A stretch of 63,528 bases of DNA, filler included, from Reclinomonas americana ATCC 50394 (Eukaryota): assembly GCA_048213135.1 (NCBI GenBank). It is 8 parts of 4 records of this genome, joined end to end, with 100 filler letters (N's around TTAATTAATTAA, not from the genome) between each part and the next. Parts side by side here need not be neighbours in the genome. Positions count along the whole stretch, not along the records: positions 42,059 to 55,265 come from PS015560.1; 7 more parts are not named here. The stretch is one strand, 5' to 3'. Under the pieces are notes generated by a model, which worked only from the letters and a program-made list of their open reading frames with translations, did not search any database and was not told the origin of the DNA. Made by a program: the position numbers and the translations under genes. Positions 42,607 to 53,656 of the stretch are shown here, one piece after another. Each line of letters opens with the position of its first letter. The stretch's first letter is position 1.

Positions 42607-43271
42607 TCAATGCAGAGTGTAGACAAGGTGGTTACCGATGGTGGCCAGCACGCGAAAGTCGCACGCCCGTAGTAGTGCGTCTTTGCGTCGCACAAAGGCA
42701 CGCTCACGCGAAGTGCTCTTGCTGGTGGCGATCGCCGGAGCAATCACGGCTGGTTGCGGCGGCGCAACAGCAGCTGTGTGTCGCAAGTGGTGGTCGATCA
42801 CTGCGCGCAGAATGACCTTGTCTTCGTCCTTTTGTCGAGTGTGAAGGGTGAGAGATGTACAGAAGAGCAAAGGTCTGGAAGTTGTTACCTCGACTTGAAG
42901 GACGAGGTAGACGGCCTGGAAGAACAACTCGACTGCGCGCTCACGAACCAACAGATCCTCTGCGGTGACTCCAGCACGATGCAACAGCTGCGCACAGAGT
43001 GAGCGAGCACAGGAGAGAGGACAGAGAGGGAGAGAGAAGAGCTCACCAGCAGCGCATGGGCCAAAGTCCACCTGCACTCGAGGATGAGTTTGGTCGAGTT
43101 TTGACTTCAATTGGGCTCACGTGCAACGCACTTGTCGCAATTTCGAGTTCCTCTGCTCTGGCCACACTCGCCGACGCAGCCGTGCAGCAGGAAGGTGTAG
43201 ATGCTCTCGTTGGAGAGGCAGAGAGTGACAAACGAGGTGCCGAGGGTCTTTGGAGGCAGTGTGTTTGCCAT
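42607..43271 (-). CDS. Hypothetical multi-exon protein
   Basis: Minus-strand GT-AG pairs and coding-like segments (LLHRAGVTAEDLLVRERAVELFFQAVYLVLQ; DEDKVILRAVIDHHLRH). No family recognised. Confidence 0.35.
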
Positions 43272-43449
43272 GGAGGTGTAAAAACTGAAATTGGATTGAA
43301 TACGACAGGACGGCGTTACAGGAACATTCCTTATTCAAACAGTGACACGGCTGTACGCTTTTTTTGAATTCGAAGCTGAGACCAGTCAGAAACAGTACGA
43401 GAAACAAAATGCTGAATGATTTTTGCATCGAGCGGCAACCTTTTGTGCC

Positions 43450-43616
43450 GTTCTCGTTTTTTCCGTGATGTCTGAGTTTCTGGTGCTCACTCATGATGGT
43501 GATCATCATGCAGCTGTGTTGCTGTTTGGATTAGTAAAGTTGTTGTTGTTGTTGTTTAACTTGGTCGTCAAGACAACTGTTGCTTGTTTGTTGGTGAATG
43601 AATTTGTTGTTGTTTG
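43450..43616 (+). mobile_element. Short non-LTR retroposon-like insertion with target-site duplication
   Basis: Flanked by the direct repeat TCGAGCGGCAACCTTTT[G/C]TGCC at 43428-43449 and 43617-43638. Internal hairpin CATGATG-GTGAT-CATCATG (43492-43510), (TTG)n tail, and four other related copies in the window. Confidence 0.7.
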
Positions 43617-43706
43617 TCGAGCGGCAACCTTTTCTGCCCTCTGCCGGCTACCATTGACACTTCATCTCTTCCGCTGCACCCATCCCCCGTTCCTTCGTTG
43701 TCAACA

Positions 43707-45692
43707 TTACATTGTGGCGGTATTGGCGGTGGTAGTGGCCGACGACGACGACGGTGCCGGCGATGCAGCCGGCGGAACTGGCGACAGAGCCACCGGTGAG
43801 AGGGCCGAGTATTGCAGTGCGGCGCCCGACAGTGATCGCTCGATCGAGGACATGCGCTCACGAACTCGATCGAGTTCGCGCTCCCGCTCGTGCAGCAAGT
43901 CGCGCAGTCGGTCGACTTCGCTCGTCAGCTCCTGCGCGGTGTTTTTGTGCTCCGCTTGGAGGTTGGCCATCACCTGATTGAGTGTCTCGCGACTGGCGTT
44001 GGCTCGCTCGGCGAAAACATGCTCCGCTTCGGCTGCCTTGCGTGTCATCTCCTTCAGTTCGTCGTCCTTGCCGAGGAGGCGCTCGCGGTACGAGGCAATT
44101 TCGGTGTCACGCAGTTGCTTTTGGCGCTGCACAGCTACCAGGTCAGCTCACACGTACACGATGATGAGCACGCAAATAATTAATCGTGCGCACCTCGATT
44201 TCCGAGGCCAGTCTCTTGATCTCGTCCTGTGCCAGCTGATCGCGCTGCTGTGCACGCGCCTCAGTGGACTGCGCATCGGCCACGGCGTCTTGCAACCGCC
44301 GCGACAACGAGTGGTTCTCACTCTCCAGTTCCGCCACTCGTGCTTCGGCTGTCGCCCGTCCCGCACTGTCGCGCTCCAGCGACACGCCCGTCACCTGCAC
44401 GCCAGAAAGCAATGAGCACACACCACTGCAGAACGTCGTCGTTGCACGCACACACACACACACACACACACACCTGCAGCTGCTGGCGAACAGTGGTCAG
44501 TGACTCCTTGGTGTCGACGAGCTCGCGCTGCGTGGCAGACAGGGACTCCTCGCGCGCACTCAACGCCAGTGTGGCAGAGTCCAACCGCGATCTCGTCTGC
44601 TCATTCTCCTCGGCGGACACCGCCAGTCGCCTCTCCAGCGTGTCACCACGCTGCGCAGCCTCTTGCAACTGCGTGCGCGTCTCTCGCAACACCCGCTCCA
44701 GTTCGGCAATCTGCTGTCGCTGCTCCACAACCGTCACGTCGCGTTCGCGCAACTCTCCTTGCGCCCGCTCCAGCTTCGACTCCACCAGACTCAGCTGCTT
44801 CTGCGTCTCGTGCAAGTGCGTGTTGGTGGCCTCTAGCCGTCCACGCGCCTCCGCAGTAGCCAGATCGTGCTGCTGCACGTCGGCCGTCAGTCGCTCGAGC
44901 TGCGATTGCGCCGCTCGCAGCTCACCCTGCACCGTCTGCAGCGTTTGCGTGCCCTCCGCGAGCTCCCGTTGCCTGCACAACGCGAGAGGGTTGTCAAGAC
45001 GCGCAGTGACAACATAAACATAGGCAAGCGAGCAGGGGAGAACCGTTCCCGCAGCTCGGCCTCCAGTTCCCCGATGCGTCCCTGGCCCACGCCCATTTCT
45101 TGCCTCAAGCGCTCAATGTCGCGCAGCAATGCTCCCTTTTCGACCTGCGCAGCCGCCAGTTGATCCTGCACCTGCGCCACTGCTCGCTCCCTCTCCAGCT
45201 GTGCACTCGATCGATCGTATGAGTGCCTCTAATCTGACATGAAACACGACATGCAGCACACCTGCACACGCTGCAGCTCCAACCCGAATCGCTCTGTCGA
45301 GTGCTCGTGCTTGGCACGTTCCAACTCCAACTGGCCCTGCACCAGATGCACCGCCTCCTCATGCGCTGCGTGTTCCGACTCGGCCTCCAGTAGCTGCCAC
45401 TCGGCCTCTCGCCACCCCGACGACTGCCACGACGAGAGTGAGCGACAAAAGATGAGAGAGTGTGTGTGAGAGAGTGAGCTCACGCAACATTCGCGCTGTG
45501 TCGTGCCAGCTCAGCGGCCAGCTCGTGGCCAATCGCCTTGACGCAGAGAGTGAGAGTGTGTGAGATGATGAGAGCGATATGCAATGCATGCAAGTGCACA
45601 ACGCTCACATGCGCGAGCAGTCGCTGGAAAGGACCCGCTGGTGGCGGTTGAGCGGCCTTGCTGAACCGAGCGCCGTGCTGTGCGACCGACAT
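43707..45692 (-). CDS. Long coiled-coil protein of unknown family, multi-exon
   Basis: E/Q/R/L-rich heptad ORF segments 43707..44132, 44318..44980, 44887..45180 and 45229..45483 joined by GT-AG introns. Confidence 0.7.
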
Positions 45693-45805
45693 GCGTGATA
45701 CGATACGAGAGCCGTTTTCACGTACGGACGGAGGACACGATTGATAAATGTTTGTAGTTTTTTTAATGAACGACGAGACAGAGAGGACTGCGTGCGTGCG
45801 TGCGC

Positions 45806-47451
45806 TTAGGGAATGCCACAGGCGACCACAGAGACACTGATCCAGCCGGCCAGCTTGTCGTCAAACGCGCTGCCGAAGATGATGTTGGCGTCCTCAAAGA
45901 CTTCGCGACGTACGCGCTCTGCTGCCGCCTCGACCTCGAAGCTGTTGCGCGGTTTGGTCAGTTTCTTTCGCTAACACCACCATCACCACCACCACTACAA
46001 CAACACGCAACAGTGTGAGATCGGGACCGCCGGTGATGTTGACCAGCACTGCCTTGGCGCCGCGCAGTGAAATGTCGTCCAGCAGCGGGTTGCTGCATGC
46101 ATCCCCGAGGTGAGACCATGACAGCAGCGCAACAGCAGAGGAAGAGAGCGCAACGTAATGGCCTTTTCCGCGGCGACCACGGCACGATCATCGCCCGTGG
46201 CGCGTCCGACTCCCATCAGCGCGCGCCCAGACTCGCTCATCATGACGGCACGCACATCGGAAAAATCGAGGTTCACCAGGCCGGGCACCAGCATGAGATC
46301 CGTCACCGATCTGCATGTGCACATGTGAACAAACCTCTCCACCACCACCACCACCACCACCACCATCACTGCAACGAACCTTACGGCCGTGTACAACACC
46401 TCGTCGGCCATGTGGAACGCCTCCTTCAGTGGCGTCTTCTTGGAGATGACACGAAAGAGGTTTTGATTCGGAATAACAATCAGTGTGTCGCACGCCTTGC
46501 GCAACACCGCCATGCCCTGCTCGGCCACTCGCATCCGATTGGCGCCCTCAAAGTGAAACGGTTTCGTCACCACCCCCACCGTCAAAATCCCCTGATGGGA
46601 GAAAAGAAGTCAGCGCCACAAGATATATACGTCTCGTTGCTTCTGCAGCAGCAGCTGTTGCGCACCATATTACGTGCTTCCTCGCAAATCACTGGCGCCG
46701 CACCAGTGCCCGTGCCACCGCCCATTCCCGCCGTCAAAAACAGCATGTTGGAGCCCTCAATGGCCTTGACGATCTCGTCCATTGACTGCACGGCCGCCGT
46801 GCGACCGGTCTCCGGATCGGCGCCGGCGCCGAGTCCTCGCGTCGTGCCCGGTCCCAGTTGAATCCGAACCGGCGCCTTGGACATTTCCAGCGCCTGCGCG
46901 TCGGTGTTGCAGGCGACAAAGCGCACCTTGTCGAGACCCGAACTGATCATGTTGTTGACGGCGTTGCCACCGGCGCCACCTGCGCCCACAATCTTTTACA
47001 CGCAGCGACGAGTTAGCACAAAAAGACTGCGGGAAAAAAAAGGAGCTTCCTCGGCTGACCGTGATGCGTGGGAGCACTGGATCGAAGGGCTTGGCCGATG
47101 GAGGTGCCGCGGCCGTGGCAGAGTTCCATGAGGAGGACGATGGTCGTCGATTGCCGACAGTGCTGCGACGATGGTTCAAGTGGGCAAGAGCGATGGTTCA
47201 AGTGGCAAAGGAGCGATGGTCATGCAACGCGCGTGTGTGCATGTGATGAGAGAGATGAAGAGAGAGCGATGCAGTACGACGGTTCTCGTGCGTGCGAGGC
47301 GATGATCGTGCACAGAAGAAGTGATCGGGTGTGTGAGCGTGTGTGCACACCTGCTGATCCCGATGCGTTTCCCTCCCGCGCTGTTGTTGCCACTGCCGCT
47401 GCTGCTGAACCAGCGTGCAAGCACACGACGATATGCGATCGCCGTCAGCAT
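45806..47451 (-). CDS. ftsZ: Nuclear-encoded mitochondrial FtsZ, short form without C-terminal tail, 7 exons
   Basis: Presequence-like [18 protein letters not shown], then [68 protein letters not shown] and [18 protein letters not shown] (TAA 45808-45806). Confidence 0.95.
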
Positions 47452-47569
47452 TCGCGAGAGCTGGTTGGATTGAAGCAAAGCGAATGGATCGCCAATCAAC
47501 GAACACACGCGCTCGCACACACACACCTTCTCTCACGCTCTCTCTGTGACTGTGACTAAGTGTGCAAGG

Positions 47570-48822
47570 ATGGACTCTGCGTCTGCGGCGGCGGCATCGT
47601 CAAGTGGCGGCTTGTTGGCCTCACTGGAATCGCTCTTGGGGCACTATTTGTTGGATGTGAACGGATACCCTGTGTTGCTGGTGAGTGAATGAGAGAGGGG
47701 AGAGAGAAAGAGTGTACATGAGAGAGAAAAAAGAGACAACAACATCATTGAGTATTTGCATACGTAATCGATTCCCTTTGTGGTTTTCTCTCTTTAGGCC
47801 GGTCACGCGCTGTTCATCATCAACAGCAACCGAGCGCAAGGTTTGGGGCCTGATCAGCACTGGGCCAAGACACTCACACTGGGCATTGTGCGGTGAGTGA
47901 GCGAGTGAGAATGGAGACAACACTCCTTCCTCTCTAATCGTTTCTGCTGTGAGCAGCACATGCGGTGGTCAGATCCTGAAAGGTCTGCTCACGGGCACTG
48001 TGCCCGACTTCCTCAAAGACAACAAGATTGTGCCGACGATTGCTGCGTGCTGGGCGGCGCTGTACCTCGTGCCCAACGATGCCATCTACAAGCTCTACAA
48101 TCTCCCCGCGGTCAAGGCCGTCGGTGCGCTGCTGGAGGGCGTCTACAAGGCCCGTGCGATCACCAATGGGTGTGTGGGCGGACTGGAGAAGATTGGCAGC
48201 TACCCTGGCGCCTTCTTGTTTGGCCTCTTCTCTGGTGCGTCTGTGTTAGGTATTGGGTGACCTTCTTCCTCCTGTTCTCATGGCTCGTTTTTTTGGTGGT
48301 GCAGGCTGCGGTGGCACGCTGCTGTCGGACTTTGAGAAGCTGTTCCGCGGCGACCCCAAGTTCCTCAGCAACTGGTCGAACCCCACATGGTGCTTGCACA
48401 GTGCTGCTGATGCCGTGTTTTTCCTCCAACCCCCGCGCTGATCGATCGTCGTCGTGCAGGGTGATGAAGATGTCGTTCTGGGCCTCGTGGGCCTTTATGC
48501 TGATGGCGTTTGGTTCTGGCACGCCGACAAAGCAGGTTGGTGGCGGCGGTGTGCTGCTGAATGTGCGGACCTTGGCGACTCACATTCTGTATGTGTTCAG
48601 GGCACTCGTCGTTCCAAGTTGCTGGTCGGCACCATTGTCACCCTGCTCTACATCTGGCGGTACGTTCATTGCGTGTGCCTCCTGTTCGTAATCTCTTGCT
48701 CTCTTCTCATGCTTCGATGCAGTGCGTTCTCGGTGAATGTGACACCGCTGGATGTGGTGGCACGCCTCTTCAAGCGCAGTGGCCGTCGCACTGCCGAGTC
48801 GGAGCCGCCAGCTCGCGTGTAA
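47570..48822 (+). CDS. TRIC/TMEM38-family trimeric intracellular cation channel, multi-exon
   Basis: TCGGQILKGLLTGTVPDFLKDN..WAALYLVPNDAIYKLYNLPAVK..EGVYKARAITNG and SGCGGTLL..WSNPTWVMKMS resemble the two glycine-rich TMEM38 repeats. Confidence 0.75.
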
Positions 48823-48978
48823 TCTGCAGACTTTATCGCCGCAGTAGCAACAGCAGCCATCGCAGTCAAGGCGACTCGTGCGCCACAGTCTCTCCATTAC
48901 TCCCCACCATGTACACATGTGCTTTCTTCTTTTCGTCGCAGAATTCATTCTTGTCAGTCCATCACTCGCTCACACACT

Positions 48979-51025
48979 CTATTGTCGCTTCGTGAAAACG
49001 ACTTTCATGCGCTGGTCGCCCGGCGGACCCATGTCCACCGCGGCCACCACGGCCGTGCGGCGTGGATCGCCGGCGGCCACCACCGAGCTGTAGGTCGGTG
49101 AGAGTGATCGAATTCGCAAGTCCTCCGGCACATGCCACTCCATGGCCAGCGCCACAGCCGCCAACCCGGTCTTCAGCTCCATCATCGCCAATTGTGTGCC
49201 GGCACTGTCGACGCAATCATCAGCAGCGTGTTGCACGACAGGGGCGGAGGGAAAGAGGTGCACACATACCAGCTGAAGGGGCCGCGTCCGAACGGCAGAT
49301 ACACAAACGGAGAGATGCGGTCGGCGTCGTCAGCGAAGCGGCTCGGGCGGAACTCCATCGGCGTGTCCCAATACACCGGGTTGTGGTGAATCACCCACGG
49401 CACAATCGACACGGTGAGATTCTGCGGCACGTGATAGCCCTCCAATGCGTCGTCCTTGACCGGCGCACGCTGAATCAGCGGGAACGGCGGGTAGTGACGC
49501 AGCGTCTCCTTGATCATCTGTTCGGTGAAGGGCAGCTCGTTGAGATCCTCGGGCGTCAGGCGCTCCAGGAATTCGGTGAGCGACGACGACGACGGCGACC
49601 ACGTGCGGTTGTCGCCCATCACACGCCCATACAGCGCCTCGGCCTCCCTCCGAATGCCCTCCTGGAACTCCGGCTCCAGTGCCGAGTGATACATGGCCCA
49701 CGAGAGCGTGTGCGGCAGCGTCTGCGTCGCCGCCATCACCAGACCAAACACCTTGCCGTAGTATCGGAATGCTGACAGGCCCTTGCGCTGCACCCAGGCG
49801 CTGACCCACGACGGCTCGTGGAGGTTGTCGAGGTGGTCGACCATGACTTTGGTGGTGCGCGCAATCTGCACGCGTGCGACAGTGAATGAATGCACGCCAT
49901 CTCCATCTCTCGGCACAGTGGTCGTCTCACCTTGGCCACACCGTGAATGAACGGCACGTTCGTGAGTGGATGCTTCAGGCCACGCCACTCGTCAATCATG
50001 CGCGCCGAGAACTCGCGACCTGTGGACCGAATCACGTCGGCCACTTCGTCAAACGACGCCGGCGGCGAGATGAAGCGCCACCAGCCAGAAGCTCCCGCCG
50101 AGTGATGCTTGAACTCCTTGTCGGTGAGGTTGAACAACACCTGCAAGGCAAATCAGCACAACGAGGGCGACGGAGGGAAGGAGACCGGGAAGCATGGGGC
50201 GACCTCGAAATTCATGCGCACAGCACGCCGCTGATTGTCGGTCTGCACATCCACCAGCGCCTGCCCGCCGCCGCCATCCACCAGCTCCCGCAAATGACGC
50301 ACATGCTCGCCCAGGTGGCGGCACACCACCGGATACCGCGAGCGCACAATCGCCTGCAACGCCGGCATCTCCTCAATCTGACTGTCGTGATCCACCACCG
50401 TCCCATCATCGTTCTGGTGGTGATGCTGCTGGTGCTCATGCAGCTGCTGCTTCTGCGCGGCACTGACCGTGGCATCGACTGCCGAGTTCTGATAGCCCAC
50501 ATACGAGGGCTTGCGGTAGAGCGACGAGCGGAGGGCACGTCGCACGGCGGCCTCGCCCGTGACCAGCACAAACGGTTGTGCGCGTCCCACGCGGAAAAGC
50601 GTCACTGGATGCGCATGTCCGTACTCGCTCAGCACGCCGTGATAGTCGGCGTTGAGCTGTGCGGAGTTGCCGCCAAAGCGCGTCGGAGGCGGACCTACGA
50701 ATGCATCCGTAAGAGATTCCCCCCCTCAGATTTCCAATGTTTTATCGCTGCATTTTCTCTCCCCCCATTGAGGCGCACCTGGAGGCTGCTCGCCACGCGC
50801 GTTGACCAACTGTCGCACCAAGTCGACTTGGGAGATGCGACGTCCGGCTTTTCCCGCCGCAGCTGCAGCTGCCGGCGCCGGTGATGGCGTGGACGACGAG
50901 AATGCGCGGAGAAAGAGTTGCCGCATAATGGGCACAGAACGCAGTGGCGGTGTTTTTGCAAGAATTGCATTGGAAGGACGCGAGGACGCGAGGACAACCA
51001 CGTGTTTCGGCACTTTTGCGAGCAT
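48979..51025 (-). CDS. Cytochrome P450 with mitochondrial-presequence-like N-terminus, 5 exons
   Basis: KETLR (ExxR), FRPSRF (PERF-like), heme motif PFGRGPFS|CAG split by an intron, I-helix VMAATQT. The N-terminus MLAKVPKH..MRQLFLRAFSSS is basic, Ser-rich and has no transmembrane anchor. Confidence 0.92.
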
Positions 51026-51139
51026 CGCTAAAGCTTGCTCTTCCCTCGCGTGTGTGCAGCCTCCTCTCTTGTTGTTTATCTGCTTGGCGTGCGTGGTGAT
51101 AGAATCGTGTGAGGAATGGAGGAACGGCGGCGGCATGGC

Positions 51140-51903
51140 ATGCCGCAACACACACTCGCACTTTTGTCACTTGTGCTGCTGGTGGTGTGCATTGCATCAG
51201 TCGGTGCTAGAGAGTACAAGAGACTGGAGGAGGTGCCACTAGTCGCGGCGAGAATCGGTCAGTTGCCTGCATTGTGACAAGCACACATAGAAACACATTG
51301 CTGACGTGCATGCTTGTCTCACTCTCATACAGGTCCATTCCATGTTGCGCCTTGCTCACTCTGCTTATCCCCTCGTTGTCTGTGCACGCGCACACACACA
51401 CTGACGATCGCTCAATCAGAATCCACAAGAGACCTACGGTTACTACGATTTGCCCTTTTGTGCGCCATCGGATCGCGACGCTGTGAGCAGTTTGCCACTG
51501 GGCGAGACACTGGAGGGCCTGAGAGCAGTTGCACTCACCTTTTGCTCTCTTTTCCTTCTCCTTTTGTTTGCGTTGGCTCATCGCGGTTGCGCAGCATCGC
51601 ACACTGTACGACATTCGCTTCCGCGTCAACATCGAGTTCACCTCGCTCTGCAAGGTCACCTACCCGGCCGAGAGCGTGGAGCGGTTCCGCGATGCGGTGG
51701 CGAATGACTACGAGTTTCTCTTCTTGTACGACGACATACCGGTGCGTGGACTGGTGGGCACCAAGGAGCCGGCCGACAGCAGCAACACGCATTTCCGCTT
51801 CCTGCTGTTTACGCACTTGCACTTTGATCTGGGAGCGAATGGACCGCATGTGGTCGAGGTCAATGTGACGGCGGATTACACCAAGGCGGTGGATGTGACG
51901 ACG
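51140..51903 (+). CDS. TM9SF/EMP70 nonaspanin (TM9SF1-like), 5' exons
   Basis: Signal peptide, then spliced VPLVAARIGPFHNPQETYGYYDLPFC, LGETLEGLRAHRTLYDIRF and FRDAVANDYEFLFLYDDIPVRGLVG..LFTHLHF. Confidence 0.88.
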
Positions 51904-52753
51904 GTGGGGGATTGGGAGGAAGGGGGATTGGGGGGGAAGGGGAGTTGGGGGAAGGGGGTTTGGGGAAAGGGCGGAGGAGAGAAGGAGAGNNNNNNNNNNN
52001 NNNNNNNNNNNNNNNNNNNNNNNNNNNNNNNNNNNNNNNNNNNNNNNNNNNNNNNNNNNNNNNNNNNNNNNNNNNNNNNNNNNNNNNNNNNNNNNNNNNN
52101 NNNNNNNNNNNNNNNNNNNNNNNNNNNNNNNNNNNNNNNNNNNNNNNNNNNNNNNNNNNNNNNNNNNNNNNNNNNNNNNNNNNNNNNNNNNNNNNNNNNN
52201 NNNNNNNNNNNNNNNNNNNNNNNNNNNNNNNNNNNNNNNNNNNNNNNNNNNNNNNNNNNNNNNNNNNNNNNNNNNNNNNNNNNNNNNNNNNNNNNNNNNN
52301 NNNNNNNNNNNNNNNNNNNNNNNNNNNNNNNNNNNNNNNNNNNNNNNNNNNNNNNNNNNNNNNNNNNNNNNNNNNNNNNNNNNNNNNNNNNNNNNNNNNN
52401 NNNNNNNNNNNNNNNNNNNNNNNNNNNNNNNNNNNNNNNNNNNNNNNNNNNNNNNNNNNNNNNNNNNNNNNNNNNNNNNNNNNNNNNNNNNNNNNNNNNN
52501 NNNNNNNNNNNNNNNNNNNNNNNNNNNNNNNNNNNNNNNNNNNNNNNNNNNNNNNNNNNNNNNNNNNNNNNNNNNNNNNNNNNNNNNNNNNNNNNNNNNN
52601 NNNNNNNNNNNNNNNNNNNNNNNNNNNNNNNNNNNNNNNNNNNNNNNNNNNNNNNNNNNNNNNNNNNNNNNNNNNNNNNNNNNNNNNNNGGAGGGAGAGA
52701 GAGAGAATGAGAAGGAAAAGGGAGGATGTAGAGTCGAGGATGGGATAGAGACA

Positions 52754-52799
<46 letters not shown>

Positions 52800-53116
52800 C
52801 AAGGGATAGGTTTGGAAGTGAGTGAGAGAGAGAGAGAGGGAGGACGAAAAGGGAGAATGTAGAGTGGAGGATGAGACAGCGTGTGTGTGCGTGTGAGAAA
52901 GAGAATAGGAATTGGATTGGAAGGGAGCGAGAGAAAGAGAGAGAAAAAGGAAAGGGGAGAATGCAGAGTGGAGGATGATGTGTGTCGAAAGCTGGTAATG
53001 CAGATATGTGGTGGGCGCAGAGCGCGAGACGCTCTCTGCTGCGCGCACACATACTCTGTCTGCCTTACTTTCTCTTGCTGTCGTCTCTCTGTCTCTTCCT
53101 CCCTCTCTCTCTCTCT

Positions 53117-53263
<147 letters not shown>

Positions 53264-53656
53264 NNNNNNNNNNNNNNNNNNNNNNNNNNNNNNNNNNNNN
53301 NNNNNNNNNNNNNNNNNNNNNNNNNNNNNNNNNNNNNNNNNNNNNNNNNNNNNNNNNNNNNNNNNNNNNNNNNNNNNNNNNNNNNNNNNNNNNNNNNNNN
53401 NNNNNNNNNNNNNNNNNNNNNNNNNNNNNNNNNNNNNNNNNNNNNNNNNNNNNNNNNNNNNNNNNNNNNNNNNNNNNNNNNNNNNNNNNNNNNNNNNNNN
53501 NNNNNNNNNNNNNNNNNNNNNNNNNNNNNNNNNNNNNNNNNNNNNNNNNNNNNNNNNNNNNNNNNNNNNNNNNNNNNNNNNNNNNNNNNNNNNNNNNNNN
53601 NNNNNNNNNNNNNNNNNNNNNNNNNNNNNNNNNNNNNNNNNNNNNNNNNGACTCAC

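Noticed and set aside
16381..43616. Repeat copies as a CRISPR array or integron attC sites
   Set aside because: Eukaryotic context, irregular kb-scale spacing, mixed orientation, and no cas or integrase gene.
45806..47451. Bacterial contamination suggested by ftsZ
   Set aside because: The gene has six spliceosomal introns of the host type and a targeting-like N-terminus.
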